Part shown: positions 49,790-57,879 of the stretch, in pieces
How the letters are laid out: each line of letters opens with the position of its first letter
How positions within the stretch are numbered: the stretch's first letter is position 1
Assembly: GCA_018817715.1 (NCBI GenBank)
Contig: JAHITT010000001.1
Span: 34,690-98,689 of the forward strand
Length of the DNA: 64,000 nucleotides
Reading direction: 5' to 3'
Origin: Patescibacteria group bacterium
GTDB taxonomy: Bacteria > Patescibacteriota > Patescibacteriia > Veblenbacterales > UBA10138
Program-made: the position numbers and the translations under genes
The notes under the pieces: generated by a model
Told to the model about the DNA's origin: nothing
Seen by the model: the letters and a program-made list of their open reading frames with translations, nothing else
Database searches by the model: none

Positions 49790-52700
49790 TTATTGCTTGG
49801 ACATAGTACCCAAGGTTGGCTTACCATCAACGTACAACGAAGTAATCGTGTCGGCGAGGTCACCATCCTGAGTGCCATCATAACCCAAACCAGCTTCAGT
49901 TACGCTGTATTTGAGATCGCCCAAGCTAGCTACAGACAACGCAAAGCTGTCACCAGAAACAACGCTAGTAGCGGTGCTTAAGGTCACGGTCAAATAGCGG
50001 TAAGCTCCGCCATTAATCGCGGTAGAAGCAGTAAGAGCAGCGAAATCAAGAGTATCAGTAGCGCTAACTTCCAAAGAATTGGTAGTATAGTCGCCTGAAT
50101 TCTCACTTGAAGCATAAATAGTGTAACGAGCATCTGTACCAGTGTGGGTACCGCTGTCGGTGAATTTGACATTGGTCAAAGTAATTTGAGCATTGCCATT
50201 GTTCTGAACCTTAAAGCGGCCAATAGCCGTACCAGCAACCACAGTCTGGGTAACGCTGGAAGTAGGCTCAAAGGCAGATACCACTACACCAAACGGAACA
50301 ATGCGAGTAACAGCACCAGAGGCATTAAGATTACCACCGGTATAAGTACCAGGAGCAGCCGAGCTAGTAATACCCTTGGCTATCACATTGGTACCATCTA
50401 CATTCAAATGCATGTAGAAATCATTACCCAACTTGGCAATACCTTCGGAACCAATGTCAGCTTTGACATAAATAGTTACTGGGGTACCAGGTTGAATAGC
50501 GGCAGACAATAGATTGTCAGTCGCGGTCCAAGTGTTAGAACAGGCATTGCTAGAACAGGTTGTAAACTGGCTAGTTGTAGCAAACGGAGTGGCAGAGATT
50601 GTACCATTACCAATCTGTTCGTACAACTTAATGTTACGGACATTGTTCTGAGTCAAAGCTGTACCAGCAGCTTCTAACTTAAGAGTGGTAATCTTCTGAG
50701 CTTCATACTGGGTGGTAAACCTTACAGCCAAGAAGGTGGAATTGGCAGTGCCAACATTGAACACCTGGGCAACTGAAGGAGTAGCACCGGAACCAGTTAC
50801 TAAGGAACCAGTCAAAGTACCACCACTAACTAAGGTCATAGCCTGACCAGAGCCATTAATGGTGACATTAGAGGTACCAATAGTATTACCAGTGTCTTTA
50901 CCGTTAGCTGACACATGAGAAGTGGAGTTAACGTTAAAGGTATGAGTAGAAGTAGAACCAGCTGTACCAGCAATCCAATCACCTTTTAAGGTTAAGATTA
51001 CCGGAGTAGACTGCGTAACCAAAATTGGAGTGGTGAAATTGAAAGCTACAGTAGCAGCATTAGTGGAAGTAGAAGAAGAAGTCTGCAAAGAATTGCCTTG
51101 ACTGTCATACATGACGAGGTTAGCCACGTCAGTATAAGCAGCACCAGCACCCTTAGTATCGGTTACAGTCAAAGAAGTAACGCGAACAGATTCTCCAGAA
51201 TTTTGAGCATTTAACTCAAACTTAGCAAATTCCACATTGTTGGTGTTAAGAACCATTGAACCAGCTACCGGCGTAGACAAAGTGTTTACAGTAACGGCAG
51301 CGGCTTTAACAGAACGAGTGTTGCTATCAGTCGCAGTAATGGACGGATCAACAATATCGTTGGTAATTAACCTCTTAACAGAAGTGACATCAAAGTCATT
51401 AACGAAGTAAGCATCTGAACTGGTAGCACTAGAGCTAATGGAAGCAGATACAGTAATGTAGCTCATAACACCAGCCTTAATTATTGGGTAACTGGAAAGG
51501 CTTCTAGAAGAAGCGGTACCATTCACTGGGAAATTAGTGGTGTTGGCGGCGGCACTGTAAACAGTGTTGCCATCCACTTTGACATAGACAGTGCCAGTCA
51601 AAGCAATTGAGCTAGTGTCCTGATCCAAACCAAAACTGATAGCGCGCAATTCCATATCTTCGCCAGTAGACTTAATGTAGTACTTACCAATAACTACATC
51701 AGAAGCACCTGGGGTAACAGCATCAGACGGAGAGTCTGAAGCGCGACCAAAGATAGCGGAACCAGAACCGATAGTTACCTTGTTGTAATTGGTGGCATCA
51801 CCAATTGGGAAGGAAGTATCGTTACTGCCAGCACCTGGCAATAAACCAGCGCCACTGGATAAACCGCGAATATCCAAATCATAGTTTTCGTAAACTACAA
51901 ATTGAATAGTACGGCTAGCACCATCAATAATCTTAGTGCGGATAGTAAAGTCTTTAGTCTGACCTTTATCAATCAAGTAAGGATTGGTAGAAAGATCAAA
52001 CATAACATACTGACCAGAAGGCTGGGCAGTAGCTAAAACAGTGCCATCCTGAGAAACCAATTGAACATCTTTATAATCCGAAGAAGCGGAGGCATTACCA
52101 TTGTTCCACAAGTTCAAACCGTAAACTTTTACAGCTTCGTTGCTGGTAGTTTCGGCAATGCGGAACTTAGCAATATCCTGTGAGCTCTCTGAATCAACAT
52201 TCAAAGTAACGCCACTGGCGTTAATTGGTTGAGCATCCAAGGTGACAGTAGCCAAAGAGCTAGAACCATCTACGGTTGTCATAGTATTACCCATGGCTGG
52301 GAAAGTACCAGATACAGTAGCGGTAGAAGCTGTGCTTACGTCAGAAGCAGATTTGACAGAGAAGTCCAAGGTTCCGGAGTTAGCAGAACTGGACAAGTTG
52401 ATCTTAATAATAGCGAAAGTGGTAGAACCAGTAGACACTACGATAGGATCATTCACGAAGGTCAAAGTAGCTACACCGTCAGAACCCAAAGTGGTAACTA
52501 CGTTGCCATGGCGCTTGCCAGCAGCATCATAGACGGCCACACCAGTAATATTGGTGTTACCAGTATAACCACCCTTGGTTACTTTAAGTCCAGTCACACT
52601 GACTGGGCCATCATTACCAGCGGTGAAATTTAACTTCAACACAGCGTTATTGGCACTACCATCAGCCAAAGTGGCAGAAGCTGGAGTGTCGGAAGCCAAA

Positions 52701-53431
52701 GCTACAGACAAACCAGTACCCTGACCTGGAACATAAGATCCGGTAGAACTACCAGCTACGTTAGTAACTGTAGCTTCTTTGCCAGTCAAAGAAGTACCAT
52801 CAGAGTAAGTAACATCGGTAACAACTGCATTAGCAGTGTTTATCATGTTAGCAGCCAAAGCAGCATCAGAAGCGAAAGGCCTCTTTTTGCCATCTTCAAC
52901 CAAGTAATAAGTGGAAGAACCACTGTACTTAATCAAAGTACCGTTAACATGCATATCGGAAGAAATGGCGGAGCCAGTCTTGTAGTTAACAAAGAAAGCA
53001 TCCGACACATCCACGATCATTTTGTTCCAATTGGAACCGTATAACTTAAGGGCGCGAGCTTCGCTGTCAATACCATGCAAAGTGCCGCCGTGAGAGATAG
53101 CGTAGACTTTAGGGTCAGTCGTTATCTTAACGAGCTTGGTACCTGGACGAATAGTGACGTTGCCACCAATCGCATAGGTCTGAAGCTCAGAAGCAGGAAT
53201 AGTCTTCACACCCGAAAAGTCCTTATACCAGGACATGTAAGTAGCTTCGTTCGGGAAGACATACCTCTTAGAACCATCAAAGTAATAGACAGCGGAATTA
53301 CCAGCCATCTTAATGAGGTCGCCGGCTGAAGCCGCAGCGCTGACACCTAAAGGAGCCAAGCTAACGCCTACAGACCAGAGAACAGTCATTACTGTTACCC
53401 CGATAGTGAGGAATTTTTTCAAATTAGACAT
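49790..53431 (-). CDS. 1213-aa secreted S-layer-like major surface protein
   Basis: Signal peptide, N-terminal repeats (GDLIK...AVYY...KRYVFPN; GTKLVK...PKVY; GTLIK...YYL..GKKR), tandem Ser/Thr-rich beta-sandwich-like domains, strongly biased codons. Confidence 0.8.
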   Translation of the reverse strand: MSNLKKFLTIGVTVMTVLWSVGVSLAPLGVSAAASAGDLIKMAGNSAVYYFDGSKRYVFPNEATYMSWYKDFSGVKTIPASELQTYAIGGNVTIRPGTKLVKITTDPKVYAISHGGTLHGIDSEARALKLYGSNWNKMIVDVSDAFFVNYKTGSAISSDMHVNGTLIKYSGSSTYYLVEDGKKRPFASDAALAANMINTANAVVTDVTYSDGTSLTGKEATVTNVAGSSTGSYVPGQGTGLSVALASDTPASATLADGSANNAVLKLNFTAGNDGPVSVTGLKVTKGGYTGNTNITGVAVYDAAGKRHGNVVTTLGSDGVATLTFVNDPIVVSTGSTTFAIIKINLSSSANSGTLDFSVKSASDVSTASTATVSGTFPAMGNTMTTVDGSSSLATVTLDAQPINASGVTLNVDSESSQDIAKFRIAETTSNEAVKVYGLNLWNNGNASASSDYKDVQLVSQDGTVLATAQPSGQYVMFDLSTNPYLIDKGQTKDFTIRTKIIDGASRTIQFVVYENYDLDIRGLSSGAGLLPGAGSNDTSFPIGDATNYNKVTIGSGSAIFGRASDSPSDAVTPGASDVVIGKYYIKSTGEDMELRAISFGLDQDTSSIALTGTVYVKVDGNTVYSAAANTTNFPVNGTASSRSLSSYPIIKAGVMSYITVSASISSSATSSDAYFVNDFDVTSVKRLITNDIVDPSITATDSNTRSVKAAAVTVNTLSTPVAGSMVLNTNNVEFAKFELNAQNSGESVRVTSLTVTDTKGAGAAYTDVANLVMYDSQGNSLQTSSSTSTNAATVAFNFTTPILVTQSTPVILTLKGDWIAGTAGSTSTHTFNVNSTSHVSANGKDTGNTIGTSNVTINGSGQAMTLVSGGTLTGSLVTGSGATPSVAQVFNVGTANSTFLAVRFTTQYEAQKITTLKLEAAGTALTQNNVRNIKLYEQIGNGTISATPFATTSQFTTCSSNACSNTWTATDNLLSAAIQPGTPVTIYVKADIGSEGIAKLGNDFYMHLNVDGTNVIAKGITSSAAPGTYTGGNLNASGAVTRIVPFGVVVSAFEPTSSVTQTVVAGTAIGRFKVQNNGNAQITLTNVKFTDSGTHTGTDARYTIYASSENSGDYTTNSLEVSATDTLDFAALTASTAINGGAYRYLTVTLSTATSVVSGDSFALSVASLGDLKYSVTEAGLGYDGTQDGDLADTITSLYVDGKPTLGTMSKQ

Positions 53432-54219
53432 TTATATTAATCCTTTATGAATAAGAACAGTATTTATCTCTATTAACCTAATGTCATTCTGAACGTTAGT
53501 GAAGAATCTCATTGTTGCGATCCTTCCCCCACGGACGCGGGGTCAGGATGACGGGAATAATAAAGACCTAATCTATTTTCTTATTCAATTTTTAAGTTAT
53601 GGAACTCATCCTTGCCTTATCCCCTGTTTTAAATCAACATGGGGCGGCTCGACCTTTGCGCTACTTATTAGAATTTAAATTTTAATAAGTATACGAAGTA
53701 GGATTATCCGAACACGTGTTCTAAAAACAAATTAATAAATTAATATTAAGGTTCGATTACTAGTAGCAAGTTTTAGCTGTTAAAGCGTCTTTAATGTTAG
53801 TTATTCCTTAGCCGGCAGAGTAAAAGACATTTCAAGTCAAGCCGCCCATGGGTGGAAGAAGAGAAAGCAATATCAAATTTCCTTTTGCCCATTCGCCGAA
53901 GCGAAAAAAAAGAAAATCCATCTTTGCTAATCCCGTCCAACCTTGTGTCTTTAGAATCCACCAAAGGTGAACCTAAAGGACGGGTTAAACCCAGCCAGAC
54001 AAAAAAGTCTGTTTACCCACTGGAGGTTTAAAAAACATTTAACAGGCGCGGTGTAGCTTTTATCTTAACCACTAGTCCTTACCTATAATTAGTTTACAAT
54101 TTGTAAAAGAACTCGCGGGGAGTCACTAGACTCCGTCACCAAGGCAAATATATGTAAATATTGGCCGCAACGACAGAGAAATGACGATACTATTTTAATT
54201 TCAAATTACAAAGGTCAAA
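53432..54219 (-). promoter_or_regulatory. ~750-nt structured 5' leader / cis ncRNA
   Basis: ORF-free and GC-enriched. Nested stems CATGGGCGGCTTGAC/GTCGAGCCGCCCCATG, CCCGTCC/GGACGGG, GGAGTC/GACTCC and TGAATAAGAA/TTCTTATTCA; a cUUCGg tetraloop on the - strand. Confidence 0.65.
53483..53552. repeat. GTCATTCTGA...TCAGGATGAC REP-like element inside the leader
   Basis: Terminal inverted repeat with internal GAAGAATCTC/GATCCTTC arms. Confidence 0.75.
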
Positions 54220-54279
54220 TTTAAACCCTAAATCTTAAAATTTAAATCCTAAATAAATCCCAAATCACAATTTCCAAAC
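54197..54279. repeat. Heptamer-periodic arm 3' of the four-helix-bundle gene
   Basis: AAACCCT-AAATCTT-AAAATTT-AAATCCT-AAATAAA-TCCC-AAATCAC-AATTTCC-AAA. Confidence 0.75.
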
Positions 54280-54648
54280 TTACTTATCTTTTAACATCTC
54301 TTTGTTTTTAAGCTTAATTATTATGGAGTTAAAGATTAAGTTTAATTCCTTAGCTTCTTGCCATAATTTGCGAGCCGACTCCTTAACCTTTGGTTCGGCT
54401 TCCACCAACATTCTTAACCAGTGTTTAGTTTCACGAGCCTCTTTTTTACATATACCAAGCTTATGGATTAAATCTTTTTTAGACTCAGCATCATCTGCTT
54501 CACAAAAATTAGCTCCGATACTAGTAGCCGACCTTATTAATTGACTTATAATAGGTCTAATAACGGTATTATTGGACAAAGTTTTAACAAACTTTATAAC
54601 AGCTATACCAAAGGTAGCTGTCCTGTTTTCTAAATCATACCTTGGCAT
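54280..54648 (-). CDS. Four-helix-bundle protein (23S rRNA IVS protein / Avd-like family)
   Basis: DLE.R...F, QLIRSATSIGANF.EA, S.KD..HK..I.KKEA.ET..WL and E..EL..IF. Confidence 0.93.
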   Translation of the reverse strand: MPRYDLENRTATFGIAVIKFVKTLSNNTVIRPIISQLIRSATSIGANFCEADDAESKKDLIHKLGICKKEARETKHWLRMLVEAEPKVKESARKLWQEAKELNLIFNSIIIKLKNKEMLKDK

Positions 54649-54691
54649 TTTGGGTATTATTTAAGATTTAGAAATTAGGATTTGAGATTTT
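54649..54691. repeat. Heptamer-periodic arm 5' of the four-helix-bundle gene, inverted relative to 54197-54279
   Basis: - strand reads AAATCTC-AAATCCT-AATTTCT-AAATCTT-AAATAAT-ACCC-AAA directly into ATG. Confidence 0.75.
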
Positions 54692-54745
54692 ATTAAATTG
54701 TTAAACCCCTCCATAGGTTTATTTGTTAATTATTAATTTGTAATT

Positions 54746-55816
54746 TTATTTTAATTCCACTGTCTCACCTTCGGTTTTTAAGTCCTTAGTATTAGGCTGA
54801 TTAGTTAACGGCTCGGCGGGTTTTTCTGTTTGAACGCCTTCTACCTTACTTTCAGGCTGTTCTGTACTATCTATTACCTCTTCTGCTTTATTGGTTATTT
54901 CTTCACCTTCTTGAACTTTTTGCAAAGCTAAGGTGTAAAATTTCTTTTCTATTAATTCCCTAGCCTCATTTAAACTGGCCTTGGCTTGTTTAGAAGCTTC
55001 TTTAACTGGTACCACGGTTTTTTTGGATTCAATAACAACTTTTAAAGGCTTAGTCTGAGGCAATCTAATAATTCTACCGTCCACGCCGTCTAATTTAGCT
55101 TCGGCTTTAGTAATTTGTGATTGCAAACGATTAGCCAAAACCTGGCCGTCGTTCTCGGGGGCGCCAAAGTTTACTAATAAAGCTAAAGAACTGTCGGATA
55201 ATTTTTCCGTAACCTTAATAGCCGCCTTATAACCAGCTTCTTCGCCAACCTTATCTTTTAAATTAATTAATTGTTGAGCCAAGCGCTGGCTAGCCGAATC
55301 GTACAAAGCCACCAAATTAGCTTCTTGGCCGGCGGCCTGTAAACTAGCCTGAGCAAAACCAACACTAATATTATAGTCCCGTAACAAATTAGCTTGATCG
55401 GCTGGCTGGCCGGCCAATTTATTTATTTCTACCAAACGTTGATTAGCTAAATCCAAATAATATAAACCGCGGCTTAAAGGATTAGTTTGAAAAGACAACT
55501 GAACTTTTTCGGCTAAACGTTTAACACTGTATAAAGTTTGGCCGGGTAAGCTTTGGTTAGTAGCGCGAGCTACCGGCACTGTTCCACCAATTAACAAAAA
55601 TACAGCCGCTACAATCGGCGCCAAACGAAAAGGCGCTACCACTAAACGGGTTTCCTTGGCCCACAACCAAACGCGTTCCTTAAAACTATAAGCCGAAGTT
55701 TTTTCTTGAGCTACTGTATTAAGTAACGTTTGTCTTAATTCCTGACGCCACAAAACTGGAGCCTGCTTAAGGTTCTGTAGTTCTTTTATTTGATTTAACA
55801 AATGGCGATCAGACAT
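54746..55816 (-). CDS. DUF5667-like membrane protein, candidate anti-sigma factor
   Basis: Short cytoplasmic N-terminus, TM helix, SLPGQTLY.VKR..E and A..RL.E; directly downstream of the ECF sigma gene. Confidence 0.75.
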   Translation of the reverse strand: MSDRHLLNQIKELQNLKQAPVLWRQELRQTLLNTVAQEKTSAYSFKERVWLWAKETRLVVAPFRLAPIVAAVFLLIGGTVPVARATNQSLPGQTLYSVKRLAEKVQLSFQTNPLSRGLYYLDLANQRLVEINKLAGQPADQANLLRDYNISVGFAQASLQAAGQEANLVALYDSASQRLAQQLINLKDKVGEEAGYKAAIKVTEKLSDSSLALLVNFGAPENDGQVLANRLQSQITKAEAKLDGVDGRIIRLPQTKPLKVVIESKKTVVPVKEASKQAKASLNEARELIEKKFYTLALQKVQEGEEITNKAEEVIDSTEQPESKVEGVQTEKPAEPLTNQPNTKDLKTEGETVELK

Positions 55817-55824
55817 GATATTAA

Positions 55825-55917
55825 AAATCCTAAATCTTAAATCATAATTTCTAAAATAATTTTGGGAATTGTGCTTTGGAAATTATTTAGGGTTTAGAAA
55901 TTAGAAATTATGATTTT
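55825..55917. repeat. Heptamer-periodic palindrome without a gene in its loop
   Basis: AAATCCT-AAATCTT-AAATCAT-AATTTCT opposite ATTATTT-AGGGTTT-AGAAATT-AGAAATT-ATGATTT. Confidence 0.75.
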
Positions 55918-55918
55918 G

Positions 55919-56464
55919 CTACCCTATTATCTTCTTAAGTTCTTGCAAAGCCCGATGGATTATTACTCTGGTGGCGGCTGGAGTTTTGCCAATAATTTTA
56001 GCAATCTCCTTAGGCTTAAAACCTTCCACGTGAGCTAGCACTATAACCTCCTGCCAAGCTGGTTTTAATTTTTTAATAGCAACTTCTATTTCACTTAAGC
56101 TAACTTGTTGTTGAGGAGATAAGTAGCGACTACCACCCGCTTCGTCACTTACTTGAATAGCTTCATCCAAAGGCAATTCTTCTTGACGCTCGCGATAATA
56201 ATCTACTACTAAGTTACGAGCCATACGGTATAAAAAAGCTCGCAGATTATCCACTTGATTATTATTGTTGCGTAAATGCTGCCACAGTTTTAAAAATAAC
56301 TCGGCTACTATATCCTGGGCTTGCTCTTTGGTTTTTACCCGGAACAAGATAAAGCGGAACAAAGCGTCCACATACTTATCGTATACTCGGGCAAAAGCCT
56401 CTTCGTCACCGTGCCTTATTTTAAAAAGCAGAATTTCTTCTTCAATCCTGCGTGATACTTGCAT
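55919..56464 (-). CDS. ECF RNA polymerase sigma factor
   Basis: GD.EAF..Y, region 2 (AQDIV.E.FLK.W; FLYRMARN..VDYYR), region 4 HTH (KEIA.IIGK..A.RV..HRA). Confidence 0.95.
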   Translation of the reverse strand: MQVSRRIEEEILLFKIRHGDEEAFARVYDKYVDALFRFILFRVKTKEQAQDIVAELFLKLWQHLRNNNNQVDNLRAFLYRMARNLVVDYYRERQEELPLDEAIQVSDEAGGSRYLSPQQQVSLSEIEVAIKKLKPAWQEVIVLAHVEGFKPKEIAKIIGKTPAATRVIIHRALQELKKIIG

Positions 56465-56470
56465 ATATTA

Positions 56471-56498
56471 TAGACGTAATTTATTACCAAACGTTACA
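56471..56498 (-). promoter_or_regulatory. ECF-type autoregulatory promoter giving a leaderless mRNA
   Basis: TGTAAC-N16-CGTCTA, 6 nt before the ATG; matches the AAC/CGT pattern of SigW/SigM/SigX-type promoters. Confidence 0.7.
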
Positions 56499-56827
56499 GT
56501 TAATAAGCCGTACTGTACCCCAAAGCAAGCAAAAAAGCAAGCCTTTGGAATACAACTTTGTCTTAAGCTTTACAGCTACCTATAGTCTACAAATTATTAA
56601 TTTTCTTAATTATTATACCCATAAAATACCGAGTTCTTAAACCAATAGCTTAAGGTAGCAGACAAAGTTGTTATACAGGGCAAGCTTTAAAGGCTTTGCT
56701 AAATACTACGTTAACCTAACCTTAAGGTAACAGTTGTTAACATATAATTTGGTTTATTTTAGCTAATTAATCATAAAAATATGGATGAAGCACCCTTAAA
56801 AATTAAATTTTAAGCTTCTTTTGCAAA

Positions 56828-56928
56828 ATCCACCATAACCCCCTCCTTCGCTTTTAAGCTACGGAGAGTCCACCTTATTATTTATTTACAGTTATATAAT
56901 AACTGTAAAATATAAGGCGGAGGTGGAT
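56828..56928. repeat. Nested palindrome with a CTCCTTCGCT...AGCTACGGAG REP-like hairpin
   Basis: TCCACC/GGTGGA outer arms, plus CCTTAT/ATAAGG and TTTACAGTTAT/ATAACTGTAAA inner arms. Confidence 0.55.
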
Positions 56929-57037
56929 AACTTGCTCTTAAAGTATAGAATAGTCTATACTTTAATAAAGATATCTAAAGTCTATCATCCAACATTAATC
57001 CAAAATATTTATTGAATTAATATCTAAAAAAATAATC

Positions 57038-57307
57038 ATGACCACTTTACCAATTATACGAATATCCATTAGTGAAGCTGCTCGCCTTTTTGGCCTAAAT
57101 CAAAAAACCATTCGCCAAGCTATTAAACTGGGACACATAAATTATGTAGTCGTGCGTGGTCGTTATAAACTTAATTTTGCCAGTGTTTTAGAATGGTCCC
57201 AATCTTCCACTCGTCGCCGGAATATTATGGCCAAAAACGGTTTAGGGTCTTATGTTGAGCAATGGAAAATTACTAACCGCAAATACTCCCCTCGCCCGCC
57301 AGTCTAA
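57038..57307 (+). CDS. Excisionase-like helix-turn-helix protein
   Basis: SISEAARLFGLNQKTIRQAIK.G and V.RGRY.L. Confidence 0.8.
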   Translation: MTTLPIIRISISEAARLFGLNQKTIRQAIKLGHINYVVVRGRYKLNFASVLEWSQSSTRRRNIMAKNGLGSYVEQWKITNRKYSPRPPV

Positions 57308-57333
57308 ACCCCTAACCATCCCCTGTGTATAAC

Positions 57334-57361
57334 ATAGGCTAATTCGTACGAATTAGCCTAT
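57334..57361. repeat. 28-bp perfect loop-less palindrome
   Basis: ATAGGCTAATTCGT|ACGAATTAGCCTAT. Confidence 0.9.
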
Positions 57362-57487
57362 TAGTTTAATGTTAAAATATTGATAACCGCGTACACATAA
57401 GTAAAACCACTATATTAAGGAGGGATGGCTTTACTTCAACTACGCGGTTTTAAAGTACCAACTTTTTCTAATTACTTTAAAATAAAT

Positions 57488-57520
57488 AAGCAGTGTCCTA
57501 GGTGCAATAGAACACTGCTT
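57488..57520 (-). terminator. Terminator-like hairpin after the microprotein genes
   Basis: - strand AAGCAGTGTTCTA...TAGGACACTGCTT followed by ATTTATTTT. Confidence 0.6.
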
Positions 57521-57566
57521 TGCGGTACTGTTACTGTTGGCGCTCGGGGTTATTTATGCCCCGGAC

Positions 57567-57701
57567 TTAATTTTTAATACCGTCATGAACTTTACGACGG
57601 TTAATTAATTTTTGGTTTGGCTTGTTATTTCCGCTTTTCATAAAAACAAAAAGCCCAACCAATATAACCAAACCAATTACAAAATACCAATGCCAATCCA
57701 T
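57567..57701 (-). CDS. 44-aa single-TM microprotein (MDWHWYFVIGLVILVGLFVFMK...)
   Basis: Read by hand; SD-like AGGGGG upstream; TM helix followed by a basic tail. Confidence 0.55.
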   Translation of the reverse strand: MDWHWYFVIGLVILVGLFVFMKSGNNKPNQKLINRRKVHDGIKN

Positions 57702-57705
57702 AATA

Positions 57706-57879
57706 CTACCCCCTACTTTGTTTGTTTTCAAATAATATCATTTTTGCCAATAAACCAAACGGCACAACAATTGGTAAATAAGCTAACCAATAACCACCCA
57801 GTTTAAAACCAATAATTATACCAATCCACAAAAGAATACTGACAAAAAATAATATTTTTAATATTTTTAAATTAGCCAT
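57706..57879 (-). CDS. 57-aa membrane microprotein (MANLKILKILFFVSILLWIGII...)
   Basis: Read by hand; AGGTG upstream; two hydrophobic segments; promoter TTGACA-N17-TAAGGT at 57933-57905. Confidence 0.55.
   Translation of the reverse strand: MANLKILKILFFVSILLWIGIIIGFKLGGYWLAYLPIVVPFGLLAKMILFENKQSRG

Noticed and set aside
53432-54219. Group I or II intron, T-box, RNase P RNA or known riboswitch in the long leader
   Set aside because: I could not identify their conserved cores by eye and no gene is interrupted. An Rfam scan is still needed to exclude divergent members.
54280-54648. Diversity-generating retroelement suggested by the Avd-like fold
   Set aside because: No reverse transcriptase and no template/variable repeat pair with adenine-specific mismatches was seen in the window.
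57038-57307. Prophage or integrative element implied by the excisionase-like HTH gene
   Set aside because: No integrase, att-like direct repeats, tRNA or phage genes are nearby.
56500-57335. Replication origin suggested by DnaA-box-like sequences (GTGGATAA near 56923, TGTGTATAA near 57324) in AT-rich DNA
   Set aside because: There are few good boxes, no dnaA or dnaN nearby, and the C-rich skew of the + strand does not switch across the region.
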